Assembly: GCA_049967475.1 (NCBI GenBank)
Contig: JBMFSQ010000031.1
Coordinates: forward strand, 1-37,827
Origin: Chthonomonadales bacterium
GTDB taxonomy: Bacteria > Armatimonadota > Chthonomonadetes > Chthonomonadales > CAJBBX01
DNA length: 37,827 nt
Direction of reading: 5' to 3'
Shown here: piece by piece, positions 37,538 through 37,827 of the stretch
Numbering within the stretch: position 1 is the first letter of the stretch
Layout: the number at the start of each line of letters is the position of its first letter
Translations under genes and position numbers: made by a program
The notes under the pieces: generated by a model
Databases searched by the model: none
Seen by the model: only the letters and a program-made list of their open reading frames with translations
Told to the model about the DNA's origin: nothing

Positions 37538-37827
37538 TCATTGTGGAAAATGCGCACCCGGAGCCGGCGCGGCGTCATCCGCGCCAAGTTCGAGAACATA
37601 AGTCTTGCCGGGTTGGGTAGGGAAACGCACCACGTGGACATCTGCATCCCGTGCAAACGGTACGGCGCTCCCATTGCATGCAACCGCAAGCACCCGGGCG
37701 CCCTTGGGGGAACGCACCGTGCACGTGCCCCGATGAAGCGCCCGGATGGTTGCATGGTAAGGTCTTCCCTCTCGCCATGCGATCTCCACTTCGAAGCCGC
37801 CCCGGGCGCGCAATCCCCGCACTTCGC
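37538..37827 (-). CDS. 3' end of a GH95 alpha-L-fucosidase-like protein (partial; runs off the window)
   Basis: EVRGLRARGGFEVEIAWREG is the characteristic C-terminal beta-domain motif of GH95 proteins. Confidence 0.75.
   Translation of the reverse strand, partial: EVRGLRARGGFEVEIAWREGRPYHATIRALHRGTCTVRSPKGARVLAVACNGSAVPFARDADVHVVRFPTQPGKTYVLELGADDAAPAPGAHFPQ

Overview
GC-rich bacterial chromosomal window, probably Armatimonadota or a related lineage (inferred from DUF1559/H-X9-DG-type proteins and the gene repertoire; not verified). No phage, IS, integrase or CRISPR array was seen. The main element is an ~11.6 kb, 8-gene minus-strand operon (15156->3574). It encodes a giant MacB/FtsX-type permease fused to a PA domain and a degenerate M28 peptidase-like domain, an OPT-like polytopic transporter, two H-X9-DG/DUF1559-like paralogues lacking prepilin sites, a Cys/His tandem-domain protein, a stand-alone PqqD/RRE-like protein, a minimal second FtsX permease and a LolD-like ATPase. 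This looks like an uncharacterised envelope transport or peptide-handling machine. Other notable items: (i) a Val (GUC) T-box separated from valS by an intervening TauE/SafE + DUF1634 pair; (ii) a ~180-nt structured, terminator-ended leader upstream of thrS that is not a T-box; (iii) a SigW-like ECF promoter before a DUF2089/DUF4097 pair; (iv) a tRNA-Glu/tRNA-Leu dicistron; (v) three copies of a palindromic REP-like repeat. The rest is housekeeping or metabolic: Zn-ADH, alpha/beta hydrolase, LarA-like protein, PLP trans-sulfuration enzyme, GH76, Pat-type acyl-CoA ligase/GNAT, eno, valS, GH172, thrS, Nudix, a HisKA-only protein and the 3' end of a GH95. All family calls come from motif recognition by eye, not from searches.
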